Assembly: GCA_047495785.1 (NCBI GenBank)
Contig: JBLDXI010000060.1
Coordinates: 186,001-250,000 of the forward strand
Length of the DNA: 64,000 nt
Origin: Lepidodermella squamata
Lineage: Eukaryota; Animalia; Gastrotricha
Direction of reading: 5' to 3'
Shown here piece after piece: positions 11,524 to 23,469 of this stretch. Position 1 is the stretch's first letter. Each line of letters starts with the position of its first letter. The notes below the pieces were generated by a model, which did no database searches, was not told the origin of the DNA, and was given only the letters and a program-made list of their open reading frames with translations. The position numbers and the translations under genes were made by a program.

Positions 11524-12921
11524 TTAATTTTATCACGCTAGAAGCATATATCATTTAATAGAGAATTGCCTCCTCTTCATTTTGGTGTAAAAACCGCCAA
11601 AAAAATCAAAACTAGTCTTTTGACATTAGCGCGCGCGGCTCTGGATTTGATGAAAATTTCGACTTAGCGTTTTGCGCTAAGTCCACTTTTACCCTCCAAT
11701 TGCGCAACCGACGCGCGCGCGCCGGACGGAACTACGATGGGCCCGGAAGTGAGCATGCCGAATGAACGCGTAATGTCGCAACGAACGTTCGATTTGAACA
11801 AATTCAGCATTTCCGACATGAAACGTGTGACCTGCCACAAGCCGTAAGAGCTCATTTTGAGTTCGCACAAACCGTTATGCGTTATGCATTCGCATCATTT
11901 TTATCAAAAAATAAGCAAATAAGGCTAACACATTAGGTCGGCTAAGGTGCGCGTAAACCTTCTTCGCTGTAATGTTAACGTAATGTTTTCTGATAGTATC
12001 AGTGAATCCTTAAAGTTGTAAATAACTTGGTAAACACTTTTGGTCAACTCTTAACTCCATGATGCCGCCATGCTGGAGTGACCTAGGGGGGTGGGAGGGG
12101 GGGGGGGGGCTCTAGCTTCACGAAGTCAGCAGCATTCAGTTGCGTCATTCTAAGTTGCGTTTATTTTCCCCGTCAACTGTCAAAGGCCGAATGCCGACAG
12201 TGGTAATCTATGGTGTAAATACATAGCCAGTTATTGACACCTAGTGGGTGTACTAGTCACTTATTGACACCCACTTATTGGGGTGCAGATAGCCACTTCC
12301 TTCTTTTACTGTTGTATAATGTATAATCCACGACTCAAGACTTGGACTTAAAACACGCAATTGCGAATGTGAATCAGTCCAACATTAGACATAGGCTGTA
12401 TTTACAGACAGCCGCATTTTTTTGTTCGAATTGCGCGTCACTCTTCCGCTCTAAAATTCCATTACAAGAATTTAATATTTTATCAAGATACGGGATTACG
12501 CGCAAACCTATACCCTGCCGGAGCAGGGCTTTAAGACAACATTGCAACAAATGGAATCAGATAGTAGCTAGCCCATAGCTCTTGGAAGCCCATGGAAGTT
12601 TTGCCTTAAGGAATACCAACCAATGACCGCTTAAATAATTTCCTCTTTTTCATCCCGTCAGTGTCTTGCCCCATCCCTATCCACTAAGCTCTTCCATATC
12701 GCCGCGACAAACTGCCGAAACCACCGTGAAATAATAATTTATCACATCTTCCGTAGTCAGCTGTTAGGGATTTTCATCTTACGGCTATCGTTCTCCCGGA
12801 AATTGCCGTCAGAAGTTAACAGCAGGCTGTAAAAAATTAGCATCGCGATAATTTCTGTTTGACGTAATACCCACAGAGCCATGTTTTGCCGATAGCTAAC
12901 AGGAGCAAATTATTGATAAGT

Positions 12922-14547
12922 ATGTCTGCGCCACAAATTGTGGAGAAGGACGGCGAATTGACGACTGATCACTACAGAAAAAGGCACGCCGGTTATGAGG
13001 ACAGGAGCAGAGGAGAAAAGCCCGATGCTGTTGATCAACAAGGGAAAAGAAAGCGACGGGGCGAACCTGAGGACCAGTCGCCAGCCTCCAAGAATTCCAA
13101 ACTTGACGAGCCAGAGCTTTTCGTTCGAAGTAATCAAGCGAACAGAGAAGCCAATACTACAAGTACAAAGCAATCAAACATTGAAGCTGCGACTAGTCGT
13201 CAAGCAGACAGGAAGCCACCTTCACAACCTGAAGACCAGGACTCCAAAGTGCTTTTCTTCGCAGAGCATCATTTGCAAGTCGACATTCTTGTTAAAGGCG
13301 ATGACGTCCGCGGCCGAATCAGCAACGGCAATGCAATGTACTCCGATGCTTTCCTCGAACAGATTCGTGATGGTTTGAATGCAACGAAGTCTAAATTGGA
13401 CAAGTACTACATTGATGGCAAGCGAGACAGCCAAGCCAAATCGAGTTGGAACAAATTTCAAGGTATCTCCGATGTTTACCACGATCTTCGATTTCGCATC
13501 CAGAAAGAATTCAACGGGCAAATTGTGACAAATGCTTGGATGAAGTACTTTGAGATCATCAGGCACTATGGGCTGATACCCTCTGACTGGCGGGTTTATG
13601 ATGAAACCAGGCACAACCATCGTCATGAAGACCAGGACGACGAGGGCAGAGTGTTTACAGCATTCTTCAACGCAGAACTGCCTGGAGCAGCTGTTTGCGC
13701 GTTCAACCACTACATGAAGACGCGAGCTCGAAGACTTCCTTTCGAATGGTGGGCGTCCAGTTTAGCCCCGGATGTCGACGAGGCTAGTGAATCCCTCAAT
13801 AACAACTGCCTTGGCGATCAATAAGGGTTGTATGAACGCAACAAAGACCGCTGGCTTATGGAGATTGGAAATTCTCCAGCCGAGCGGAACAACGGCGATG
13901 CTACAGTCCTAAAGAACCTTCTGGATTTCGAGGCCAAAATCGGGCCACCATCTGCCGTTCGCGGGGTGGATTTCTACAGCCATGATGCCGGTATTGATGT
14001 AAGTGAGGGGCAAGAGGGCGAACTTGGCTTCAACCAGCAGGAGCTGGCAAACGCAAAGATTCATCTCGGCTGTGCTTTGGCTGGATTTCTGACGCTGAAA
14101 AAGGGCGGCACTTTCATCGCGAAACAGTACACCTTTTTCGAGACATTCACCTGGAATCTGATCTTGATCTACGCGTCCCTGTTTCGCGAAGGCCTGCTAA
14201 ATGAAGTTCGAGACGTTTTAACTGAACGGCTAGAAAACTTCACCACAGATCCATTTATTTCGGAGAAGGACGTCGAAGCCAATTTTTCGCAGCCGTTTGC
14301 CTGCATTCAGCGATTCGCAGATCGAGTTTTCCGAAAACAGCAAATTCGGTGTATCGAGTCAAACATCGCCCTATACGAGGCTAATCGCTGGGATTTGCGG
14401 GATTTGGAGCAAAAGGTCGGCGAGGTTAAGACGGAACGTGTCGATAAATGGATCAACGACTACGAAATCAAGCCTCTCGCTGATACGGAGAAAAACTGGA
14501 TTCCATTTCTACAGAAGGATAGACAATTCGCCTACCGCAGGAGATGA
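12922..14547 (+). pseudogene. Methyltransferase copy A2
   Basis: Near-identical to A1; TAC>TAA stop at 13822-13824 and a 72-bp in-frame deletion removing KPLTSRPRNSEIYLVGK, which includes the catalytic Glu. Confidence 0.9.
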
Positions 14548-15464
14548 TGAATTTAGAATAAAACTTAAGAGTTCAATTACGGTTTGTATTTGATTTAGAC
14601 AATTTAATAAAACTTGAAGATGGATATGGATATCATGGTTGACAGTTTCGAGGAAGTCAAACTTCCAAAAATTGAGCTTAGTGATGTTGAGCGCTATCTG
14701 GATTTTGAATCTGATAATTACACTGAGCCTCGTTTGATGGATCTGATGCCACACGTGAAGAGGATTCAATGAAGCAACCGACCTTTTGCATGATTTTAAG
14801 TCAGAGATAATGTCTCGCTTTAACGGCAAAGCTGTAACAAATGGCTGGCTGAAATTCTACGAGGTCACATATCACTACAACCTGATTCAGCGTAGTCGGG
14901 AGGATGGCTTCATTGCTTTCCACAATTCAGCTCTACCAGGTTAATATGTACGCAAATATCAGAGCTCCGGAAACCTTGAATATTTCTAACAGGTGGTGCT
15001 TTAAGCGCGTACAACCATATGATAAAAAGCCGCTGCATGAGCGGGCCGGGTATGATTGGTACGCCTGAGATACGCAATGGCAAACTAGCCATTTTGATCA
15101 TTCGGGTTTCTATCGTAATAACATCGGAAAATGGTGCTACCATGACTGCGCAACCAGTGCTAAATCCGACCCTGAGTACGACCAGGATAGAGTCGATGCG
15201 CAAGCTCATCTTGGTGCCTTGCTAACCCTACGAGATGGAGGGTCATTTATAGCAGCCCAGTTTACTTATTTCCAAACGTGTTAGTGGAACCAGTGAATCC
15301 ACAATTATCTGATTGGTCGGGTGGTTTCAAGTCTGTGATTGGTTGGTTCGAAGAGCACGTGACACGCATGGTTCGAGGGGTGGGTTTAATTTTTGTCTGC
15401 GATCATGAAATATGAAATGTAGCGGAATTTGCAAAAATTACTGTTTATGGCAAAATATCGAGCA

Positions 15465-15534
15465 AGGCTCAGGGGGATCGAACCTTCAATTTTCTGCTAC
15501 CTGGGCAGACACTCTATCACTAAGCTACTTTTCC
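15465..15534 (-). pseudogene. Degenerate tRNA-like gene (AGG at the anticodon position)
   Basis: A-box TAGCTTAGTGATAGAG, stem TCTGC-CCAGGTA-GCAGA, B-box GGTTCGATCC, downstream TTTT; acceptor stem poorly paired. Confidence 0.6.
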
Positions 15535-15605
15535 TGTGGCTTAGATGGCCATTCAGTCCCAAATTTAAGCTGCCGAAGCAAACAATTCGTGGGAAAAAAC
15601 TGTTT

Positions 15606-15678
15606 TGTAAGATACGGATGCCGATCCCGTTGCCTCTCGCATGTTAAGCGAGCGCTCTACCATTTGAGCTAATGCCCC
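15606..15678 (-). pseudogene. tRNA-Ala(AGC)-derived pseudogene with anticodon changed to AAC
   Basis: GGGGCATTAGCTCAAATGGTAGAGCGCTCGC-TTAACAT-GCGAGAGG is a eukaryotic tRNA-Ala body; T-loop and acceptor 3' strand are decayed; T6 run downstream. Confidence 0.75.
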
Positions 15679-15754
15679 ATGTATTTGAGTCAATATTTAT
15701 TACTAAAGGCATTCTCAACAATAAACGTAAAACTAGCAGTAAGTTTTTGAAAAG

Positions 15755-15846
15755 TTGGCGCCCTTCGGGAGACTCGAACCCCAGAAACTGTGATTAACTG
15801 CTCACGGGAGACCAGGGTTCGATTCCCTGTCAAGAGGTAGCTTTTT
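15755..15846. pseudogene. Two divergent tRNA 3' halves (one minus strand; one Asp-like, plus strand) with their 5' halves deleted
   Basis: Minus: CTGGGGTTCGAGTCTCCCGAAGGGCGCCA then TTTT. Plus: CACGGGAGACCAGGGTTCGATTCCCTGTCAAGAG then TTTTT. Confidence 0.6.
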
Positions 15847-15893
15847 CCTCGATTTTGAAGCTGAACTATGCGTGTTGGCCAAAAATGTCCAAC

Positions 15894-15966
15894 CGCCCGA
15901 TGTGGGGCTCGAACCCACGACCCTGGGATTAAGAGTCCCATGCTCTACCGACTGAGCTAACCGGGC
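15894..15966 (-). tRNA. tRNA-Lys(CTT), intact
   Basis: GCCCGGTTAGCTCAGTCGGTAGAGCATGGGACTCTTAATCCCAGGGTCGTGGGTTCGAGCCCCACATCGGGCG: 73-nt canonical cloverleaf with a T5 terminator at 15881-15885. Confidence 0.96.
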
Positions 15967-16735
15967 TGAGACCGATCTACATTTCATATTTCCTTACTGG
16001 TATTACTTCTGGATTAAAAGCAATCGCAGAAAAAATTAAGTGGTTCGTGTCGCGTGCTCTTTGAACCAACCAATCACAGACTTGAAACCACCCGACCAAT
16101 CAGATAATTGTAGAATCACTGGTTCCACTAAGGTTGACTTGGAATTTGATCCTTGTCTACGCAGCCTTTTTTGAAGAATTTCATCTTTGCGAACCAGTTG
16201 CGTCTCGCTCGAGAAATAGCGAAATAGCGAGAAAAAGCTACAAAAAAGCTCCGAAATGGCTCGTAGAAAAATTGATGAAGTGTTGAAAGGAATAAGGCGT
16301 TTTCGTTAACACCGATTCTAGCGAAAGAAGTTTTCGATGATAATGGCAAATTGGGTCAGGCTATCAAGACGATATCGTCGACTTTAGCCGCACAATTTCC
16401 GATCGACAGATGGATTTGTTGCGGCGTAATCGAGATCTTTACGAGGAAAATCTAGGCGATCTACGGTTGCGTATGCATGAGGCTGTCGAAGTTTGCAAAC
16501 GTCAATGGTTATTTAACAATCCCGTCTTCCGCCTTGGCGATGCCGATTGGCTGCCACCTGGTAAAAATCCACAACAGCGTGGTCGAAATTATCGATCCTA
16601 GACCTTGCTTAACCACCCCCGCAATTAGACACAATTTCTTGACGTCAGCAAAATGATTTCATTTGATTTCTAATACAACTCGAAAATAGGCATGTTTCTT
16701 TAATCCCTTCCTTGTAATCTATTTAGGTATCAATT

Positions 16736-17985
16736 ATGGCTGACACCTTCAGAGAAGTGAAACTTCCAGCAATCGATCTAGAGGCTATCAGGCATTTCTT
16801 TGCTCCAGAAAACGCGGAAGATTACATTGAGCCTCAATTATTCAACAAACGGGAACCTTTGATACAAGCCAGGAGGAGGTTTTACATCGATGATTTAGAA
16901 TTCAACAAATTAGTTGATCCTCTGGAAGTAGCTAAACGTACCATTAGAGCGGTACACAAAGGTCAAAGTGTGACAAATGGTTGGATGAAATTCTACGAAG
17001 TCGCGAGTCACTACGAACTGGTGAGCTGTGCAGGCAACAAGTTCGTTGCATTTCACAACGCAGCATTTCCAGGTAAGTTTCAAAGTTGGGCCTAACTCTT
17101 GGATTCTACAGTCGACAGTTCGCATCAGGTGGAGCTTTGAGTGCGTACAATCATATGACCAAGAAAAAGCCAGATCGCGAAAATTACCACTGGTTCGCGT
17201 CGGATTTGTGGAGTCAAATTGCTGAACCTGATAAAACAGAGCCGTATACGACAAATACGGATTCTACAAAGAGAATCAAAATAAGTGGCTGATGTCAAGT
17301 AAGAACAATGGAGACTGTAGGTTAGTCGAGACTGTTCGCGGTTTCCAACAAGCTATGGGACCTGATTCAAAGAATGGCGGAGTCGATTTTTGCTACCACG
17401 ATGCTGCTACTGACGTTGCCAGTGATGGGGATGACTATGACCACGAGACAGCAGACGCCCACGCCCATCTAGGATGCGCACTGGCTGCGTTTCTTACACT
17501 CTTTTGCGGCTGCGCAGTTCACATGCTTCCAAACTCTGACGTGGAACCTTATCCTGATTTACTCGGTTTTATTCGAAGAGTTTTACATTTGTAAACCAGT
17601 CTCCTCTCGGTCGAAGAATAGTGAAGTTTATTTGATTGGAAGAAAATTCAAGGGGCTTGAAGAGTGTCCATGGCTTGAGGTCGGTTTGATGCGGCGACTG
17701 GAGCGTTTTTCGATGAAGCCTATCTTATCGGAGGATGTTTTGAACGATCATGATGGTTTTATTGGAGAAGCCATCGAGAAGATCGTGAATTTCTACACAA
17801 TCGCAGCCGAAACACAGATTGAAGTTTTACAGCAAAACCAACAGCTTTACGAAAGGTATGCACTGGCAGGCATGGAAGCTTTGGGCCCGGGTCTTCGAAA
17901 TGCCCTTGCAGATATATCGAATCAATGGCTTCACAATAATCCTGTGCACAATTTGGCGTTTTCCGATCGTTTACCGCATACCTAA
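16736..17985 (+). pseudogene. Methyltransferase copy C2 (frameshifted)
   Basis: Homologous to C1 with intron 17073-17128; frame breaks near 17245 and 17500 (LKEGG deleted). Confidence 0.85.
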
Positions 17986-18232
17986 TTTCACAATCCATCG
18001 AACCACTGAGACACGTTAATTCATGACAAATTGGATAAAACTAGTCGCTTTTATTCCAATCTAAAAAAGTGAAATCAATTCGCTGAGTGAACCATCTCGC
18101 TAAGTGAGCCATCGCTAAGTGAAAAAGTATTAATCACACAGTGATGTAAAACATGTTATTGCTAGCAAATGACGCCAAAATAAACTACCATATTTTCACT
18201 GATCTTTGATTAAATGAATCACTAGCCACAGA

Positions 18233-18798
18233 CATGTGACGTAGATAGGACGCCGCACTAAGAGGTTTTCGGACACGAAAAACTGAAGTCAGACTAATAA
18301 GGGACAAAGTTCATCGTTTCAAATTTAATAGTGGCTTTTACACTGGCTTTTTTGACTCAGTTTAAAACAGGGTAATTAACGTCAACCGGTTTTCAACCGA
18401 TGGTGTGAACACCTAAAAAACCATATCATTATTTTCCACCCAAATAGTTCTATATCTGTGTTCTATATCTAGTTGCTATATCTGTGTAATTTCGAGCAGA
18501 TGCTGCCATTTCATCAGCTGAATTCATCTTTAAAGAGGCATCTCCTCTTTGTAGCGTCTCGGAAACCGCGCCAAATCACTACTTTTTGCGATCTTTGAAA
18601 CTTGAACTAATTAATTTTACATTTTTAAATTTAAATTAAATTAAATTAAATTTAAATTATTAATCAAATTCGAATTGAGCCCCGTCATATTATTTTTTTT
18701 AAGCTGCAAAATATTCTGAATATTAATGAGGAAAAAAGTGAACACGTCTTCTTGTCTGTCGGCGTGCTCTGAGTGCGGCGTCCTATCTACGTCACATG
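18233..18798. mobile_element. 566-bp MITE with 27-bp perfect TIR and 8-bp TSD (P-element-like; hAT not excluded)
   Basis: TIR catgtgacgtagataggacgccgcact; TSD gccacaga at 18225-18232 and 18799-18806. Confidence 0.9.
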
Positions 18799-18949
18799 GC
18801 CACAGAGAGCGAAGTACCGCTAGGGATGGTAGGGATCATACCTACCAGTTCCATCGATCCGCAAGGTGAACCCAGTCAAAGACCAAAGGGGGACCCTTGT
18901 GTCGATTTTTGTGATCCCTACCATAGTTCTGCTGTCCTACTTCGCTTAC

Positions 18950-19330
18950 TTCGAAAAAGGAATCGATTTGTTCCACATCTTGTCCACAGGCTTGGTGATG
19001 GGTTCCAACCTTGCTTTTCTTATGGTCATCAACGCGTGGGTGCAGATGCCGTGTCGTCATACCGACATAGCCAGCTTTGCACTGGCGAGATTTGTATTCG
19101 TACACCTCGCATTGAGTATTGATAAGTGGCAGCTAGGGTTCTTTCGCAACAAAACGTTCGATAATTTTCTTACTTTCAAAGATTGGCTGGATTTCGGAAT
19201 TGACTTTATTGCTTAGGTCGCGAAGTTTTCGCCTCACGGAATGTGATGACGCTTCGTCGATATAAGGAATAACTATCCTAATCGCTTGAGCTTTGCTATT
19301 TTCTGGTTCAATAGTTGTTGGCATTTGATA
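18950..19330 (-). mobile_element. Penelope-like retroelement fragment (post-RT linker and GIY-YIG endonuclease), decayed
   Basis: IVIPYI...(stop)...VYEYKSRQCKAGYVGMTTRHLHPRVDDH...HHQAC resembles the PLE GIY-YIG signature VY...C...YVG.T.R.L..R..EH. Confidence 0.8.
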
Positions 19331-19984
19331 TCGAGTTGAAAAAACGAAAAACCTTCCAGTATATTTCAAACATTTTTATAACATTTTTGATTGAAACCAT
19401 TTAGGACACATTTGAGCTCGGAAAAGTACCAAAAATCATGAGTATCTGTATTTGGTAATTTGAAAATTGAGAAGGGACTACAGTGAAAATCAAAAGTTAT
19501 GCACGGTCAGGATTTTGTTGAGTTAAAACTAAAAACATCTCGCACGCACCCGAACTATTTTTAGCTCCAAGCTTGGGTTAAAATCAGCTAAAAATAAAAA
19601 GTGTAACTCGGACAGACCAAGAAGTTTTAATAGTTGTAAAAATATGAATATTCATCAGGTACTAATTAATATTCCGAAGGCCTCAAAGTTGATAATTATG
19701 TCAGAAAAATTGCGAAAAAATTGTTTTTGATCTGTCGACACCTTATTCTAACTGCTCAAATATTGTTGCATTTTTTGGCACTTGATTGAGAATGTCCCAG
19801 TTCCATGACACCTCATGAATATATTCATATTCTTAAAAACTATAAAAAAACTATAAACGATAAACAGTCTTATTTCGCATGTGCGAAACATTTCAACTAG
19901 TGTCGCCTCAATTCCACCGTGCGGATCTTTTGATTGCCACTGTAGAGAATATGCATGAAAGTTTTCTTGAAAATGGCTCTCAGC

Positions 19985-20060
19985 ATATGACGGGGAACTT
20001 CCCCGTTGTCGTGGGGCGCGTTCCGTCCGTCCGTCCGTCCGTACGTACGTCAAGCTTGCG
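19985..20060. repeat. Short hairpin plus (GTCC)n microsatellite, resembling the end of a Helentron/DINE-like non-autonomous element
   Basis: gacggggaacttccccgttgtc stem-loop followed by ccgtccgtccgtccgtccgtacgtacgtc. Confidence 0.45.
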
Positions 20061-21694
20061 CAGTAATTCAGCACGTCGGTCGCGCACTCCTACGTATGAC
20101 GAAGGAGGATACGTAGCTGTCCTCTGTGTGCGCAGTAATTCCGCACGTTGTCCGCGCACTATGCAGTTCTCCTGAACACGAACCTCTAGCACGAGCCGCT
20201 TGTTCCACTTAACGTAACGTGCGGCCGGGCATGAGCAATACAACCTTGAGACTAATACGTATGAACTCAACACTCGCGCATTTTGCATGCGTTTTGTGCG
20301 GCGAACGCGCAGCGATTACACCGACGTGCGCTCGACTGACAGCGTGGTGCGCGCGCCCACGTGCTGACCCGCTCTCCACTGTTTTTCTACTGCAGTGGCG
20401 CCCGGGCGACACTTAGGTAATTTTTGGTCACTTGTACGCGGGTTAGCTTCGCGATGGTAAGTGATATTAGACAGCGGTAAAAAGCCTTTGAAAGCCCAAC
20501 TAACAATCTATGGGATAGCGTTGACACGGCATAGTGCCGTATTGCTGACTTACAGGGTAGTTCCGCGAAGAGAGGACCCAGTTATGGCAGGTGGCCGGTT
20601 TTATTACTCGGCTATTGGAGCTCGGCGGCGAAACCGAAAAATTATTCCTGATGAGTGGTTCGCCCAGTGCACTCGAGGCGGTCTACATCAACCACATGAA
20701 GACGTGCGTGAAATGCTAAAAGCAATTTGCCACCCGAACATCGCCCGATGCTACGCCGAAGAAGGTTTCGAAGCAGAGGATTTGGCTCCGTTGACGCCAA
20801 AATACCAACTTTTTTCCCTTTCAATTAGAAAAGACTCATCTAGAGTGTAATCCGACAGTCTAGTAAATGTTGATAATTTTGTTTCATATTAAACATCAAT
20901 CCTGCTCGTTTTGTTGCTGGAAGTTCCCCGTCACTGTCAAAGGCCGCCAGGCCGACAGTGTGTAATTTTACCATGCTGGGTTAAACCTCTCTCTTTTTCT
21001 GCTTACATTTTTTGCAGCCTGGAGCATACAGTGAAATTGGGCCGTAATCCAAGACTTAGATTACTTCCTGACTTCCTGAGACCAAGGCTCAAAAAAACGC
21101 CATTGTGATTTGCGATTGTAAATCGGTGTAATATCACAGGCCAATAGGCGCTCTGTACTTAAGACAGCCACGATTTTGTTGTTGAATTGCGCATCTCTCT
21201 TCCGATTTAAAATTCCACGAATTTAATATTTCATCGAGATGCGGGGTTGCGCGCTATACACCGTCGGAGTAGGGCTCTACGATGACATTGCAGCACACGG
21301 AATCAGATAGTAGCTAGGCCCTAACTCTTGGAAGCCCACGGAACTTTTCCCTGAAGATATACCAAACAATGACCATTTCTTCTTGATGGCAACATTTTTT
21401 TAATCCCGTCAGCGTCTTGCCCCATCTCTGTCCACTAAGCTCTTCCTTATCGCCGTTACTAATAGCCGTAGCCACCCTAAAATCATCGTTTATCACACCT
21501 TCCGTAGTCCACTATTAAGGATAATCCTCTTACGGCATGTTTATTTTGCGGGGGCCGTCCTTTCCGCGGAAATTGCAGTAAAAAGTTAACGGCAGGCTGT
21601 AAAATAATTAGCATCGTGATAACTTCAGCTAGACGTAATACCCACAGGGCTATTTTTTACCGATAGCTTGCACAAGCAAATTATAGATATATGT

Positions 21695-23400
21695 ATGTCT
21701 GCGGATGAAGTGCCAAAAATTGTTGAGAATGATGGCGAATTGACAACGGATCACTACAGAAAAAGTCAAGCTGGTTTAGAGGACAGGAGACCAGATTCGT
21801 ACGCAGAAAAGCCCGAAGCTGCTAATCAACAAGTGAAAAGAAAGCCATGGGGTGAAGCCGAGGATCAGTCTTCAGCCTCTAAGTATTCCAAGCTTGGCGA
21901 GGCCGAGTCTTTCGTTCAAAATGATCTTCGAGCGAACATAAGACGACAGTCAAATTCCAAAGAATCAAACCTTGAAGCTGCGACTAGCCGTCAAGCGGAC
22001 ATGAAGCGACCCGAATACCAGGACTCCAAAGTGCTTTTCTTCGCAGAGCATCACTTGCAGGTCGACATTTTCGTTACAGGCGATGACGTCCGCGGCCGGA
22101 TCAGCAAAAAAACGCAACGTACTCCGATGCTTCTCTGCAACAGCTTCGCGATGATTTGAATGCAACGAAGTCTAAATTGGACAAGTACTACATTGATGGT
22201 GAGCGAGACAACCGGGCTAAATGGGCTTGGAATAAATTTCAAGGTATCTCCGATGTTTACCACGATCTTCGATTTCGCATCCAGAAAGAATTCAACGGGC
22301 AAATTGTGACAAATGCTTGGATGAAGTACTTTGAAATCATCAGGCACTATGGGCTGATACCCTCTGACTGGCGGGTTTATGATGAAACCAGGCACAACCA
22401 TCGTCATGAAGACCAGGACGACGAGGGCAGAGTGTTTACAGCATTCTTCAACGCAGAACTGCCTGGAGCAGCTGTTTGCGCGTTCAACCACTACATGAAG
22501 ACGCGAGCTCGAAGACTTCCTTTCGAATGGTGGGCGTCCAGTTTAGCCCCGGATGTCGACGAGGCTAGTGAATCCCTCAATAACAACTGCCTTGGCGATC
22601 AATAAGGGTTGTATGAACGCAACAAAGACCGCTGGCTTATGGAGATTGGAAATTCTCCAGCCGAGCGGAACAACGGCGATGCTACAGTCCTAAAGAACCT
22701 TCTGGATTTCGAGGCCAAAATCGGGCCACCATCTGCCGTTCGCGGGGTGGATTTCTACAGCCATGATGCCGGTATTGATGTAAGTGAGGGGCAAGAGGGC
22801 GAACTTGGCTTCAACCAGCAGGAGCTGGCAAACGCAAAGATTCATCTCGGCTGTGCTTTGGCTGGATTTCTGACGCTGAAAAAGGGCGGCACTTTCATCG
22901 CGAAACAGTACACCTTTTTCGAGACATTCACCTGGAATCTGATCTTGATCTACGCGTCCCTGTTTCGCGAGTTCAAAATCTGTAAACCGCTCACGTCCCG
23001 GCCGAGAAACAGTGAAATTTATCTCGTTGGTAAGGGATTCAAAGGCCTGCCAAATGAAGTTCGAGACGTTTTAACTGAACGGCTGGAAAACTTCACCACA
23101 GATCCATTTATTTCGGAGAAGGACGTCGAAGCCAATTTTTCGTAGCCGTTCGCCTGCATCCAGCGATTCGCAGAGCGTGTGTTTCGGAAACAGCAAATTC
23201 GGTGTATCGAGTCGAACATCGCATTGTACGAAGCTAGTCGCTGGGATTTGCGGGATTTGGAGCAAAAGGTCGGCGAAGTTAAGACGGAACGTCTAGATAA
23301 ATGGATCAGCGACTACGAAATCAAGCCTCTGGCTGACACGGAGAAAACTGGATTCCATTTCTACAGAAGGATAGAAAATACGCCTACCGTGAAAAATGAT
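21695..23400 (+). pseudogene. Methyltransferase copy A3
   Basis: Frameshift in an A-run near 22110, the same TAA as A2 (22603-22605), an extra TAG at 23143-23145 and a further frameshift near the end. Confidence 0.9.
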
Positions 23401-23469
23401 AGGTCAGAATGAAACCAAAGAATTCAATTATACTGTTATTTGATTTAGGCAATTTAATAAAGCTAAAAT

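Larger units (their letters stand above)
15281..16131. mobile_element. Non-autonomous TIR element (851 bp) carrying a tRNA gene cluster
   Basis: ttagtggaaccagtga...gagcacgtgacacg (15281-15366) is mirrored at 16046-16131; imperfect symmetry extends to ~140 bp. The empty site is visible in paralog B1, with an apparent GT duplication. Confidence 0.88.
14620..16601 (+). pseudogene. Methyltransferase copy B2, deleted, frameshifted and interrupted by a TIR element
   Basis: Homologous to B1 including the intron site; the B1 string ccaaacgttgacttgg is split by the insertion at ~15280-16132. Confidence 0.88.

Noticed and set aside
13822-13824. Shared in-frame TAA in A2 and A3 as programmed readthrough or an alternative genetic code
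   Set aside because: A1 has TAC there, both copies carry other lesions, and TAA is used as a normal stop elsewhere in the window.
14185-14195. 72-bp deletion in A2 as a spliced-out intron (retrocopy)
   Set aside because: The junction gcgaaggcc does not match a clean GT-AG excision.
20461-20850. 129-aa ORF
   Set aside because: Non-ATG start, no recognisable motif, lies in repeat-rich spacer DNA.
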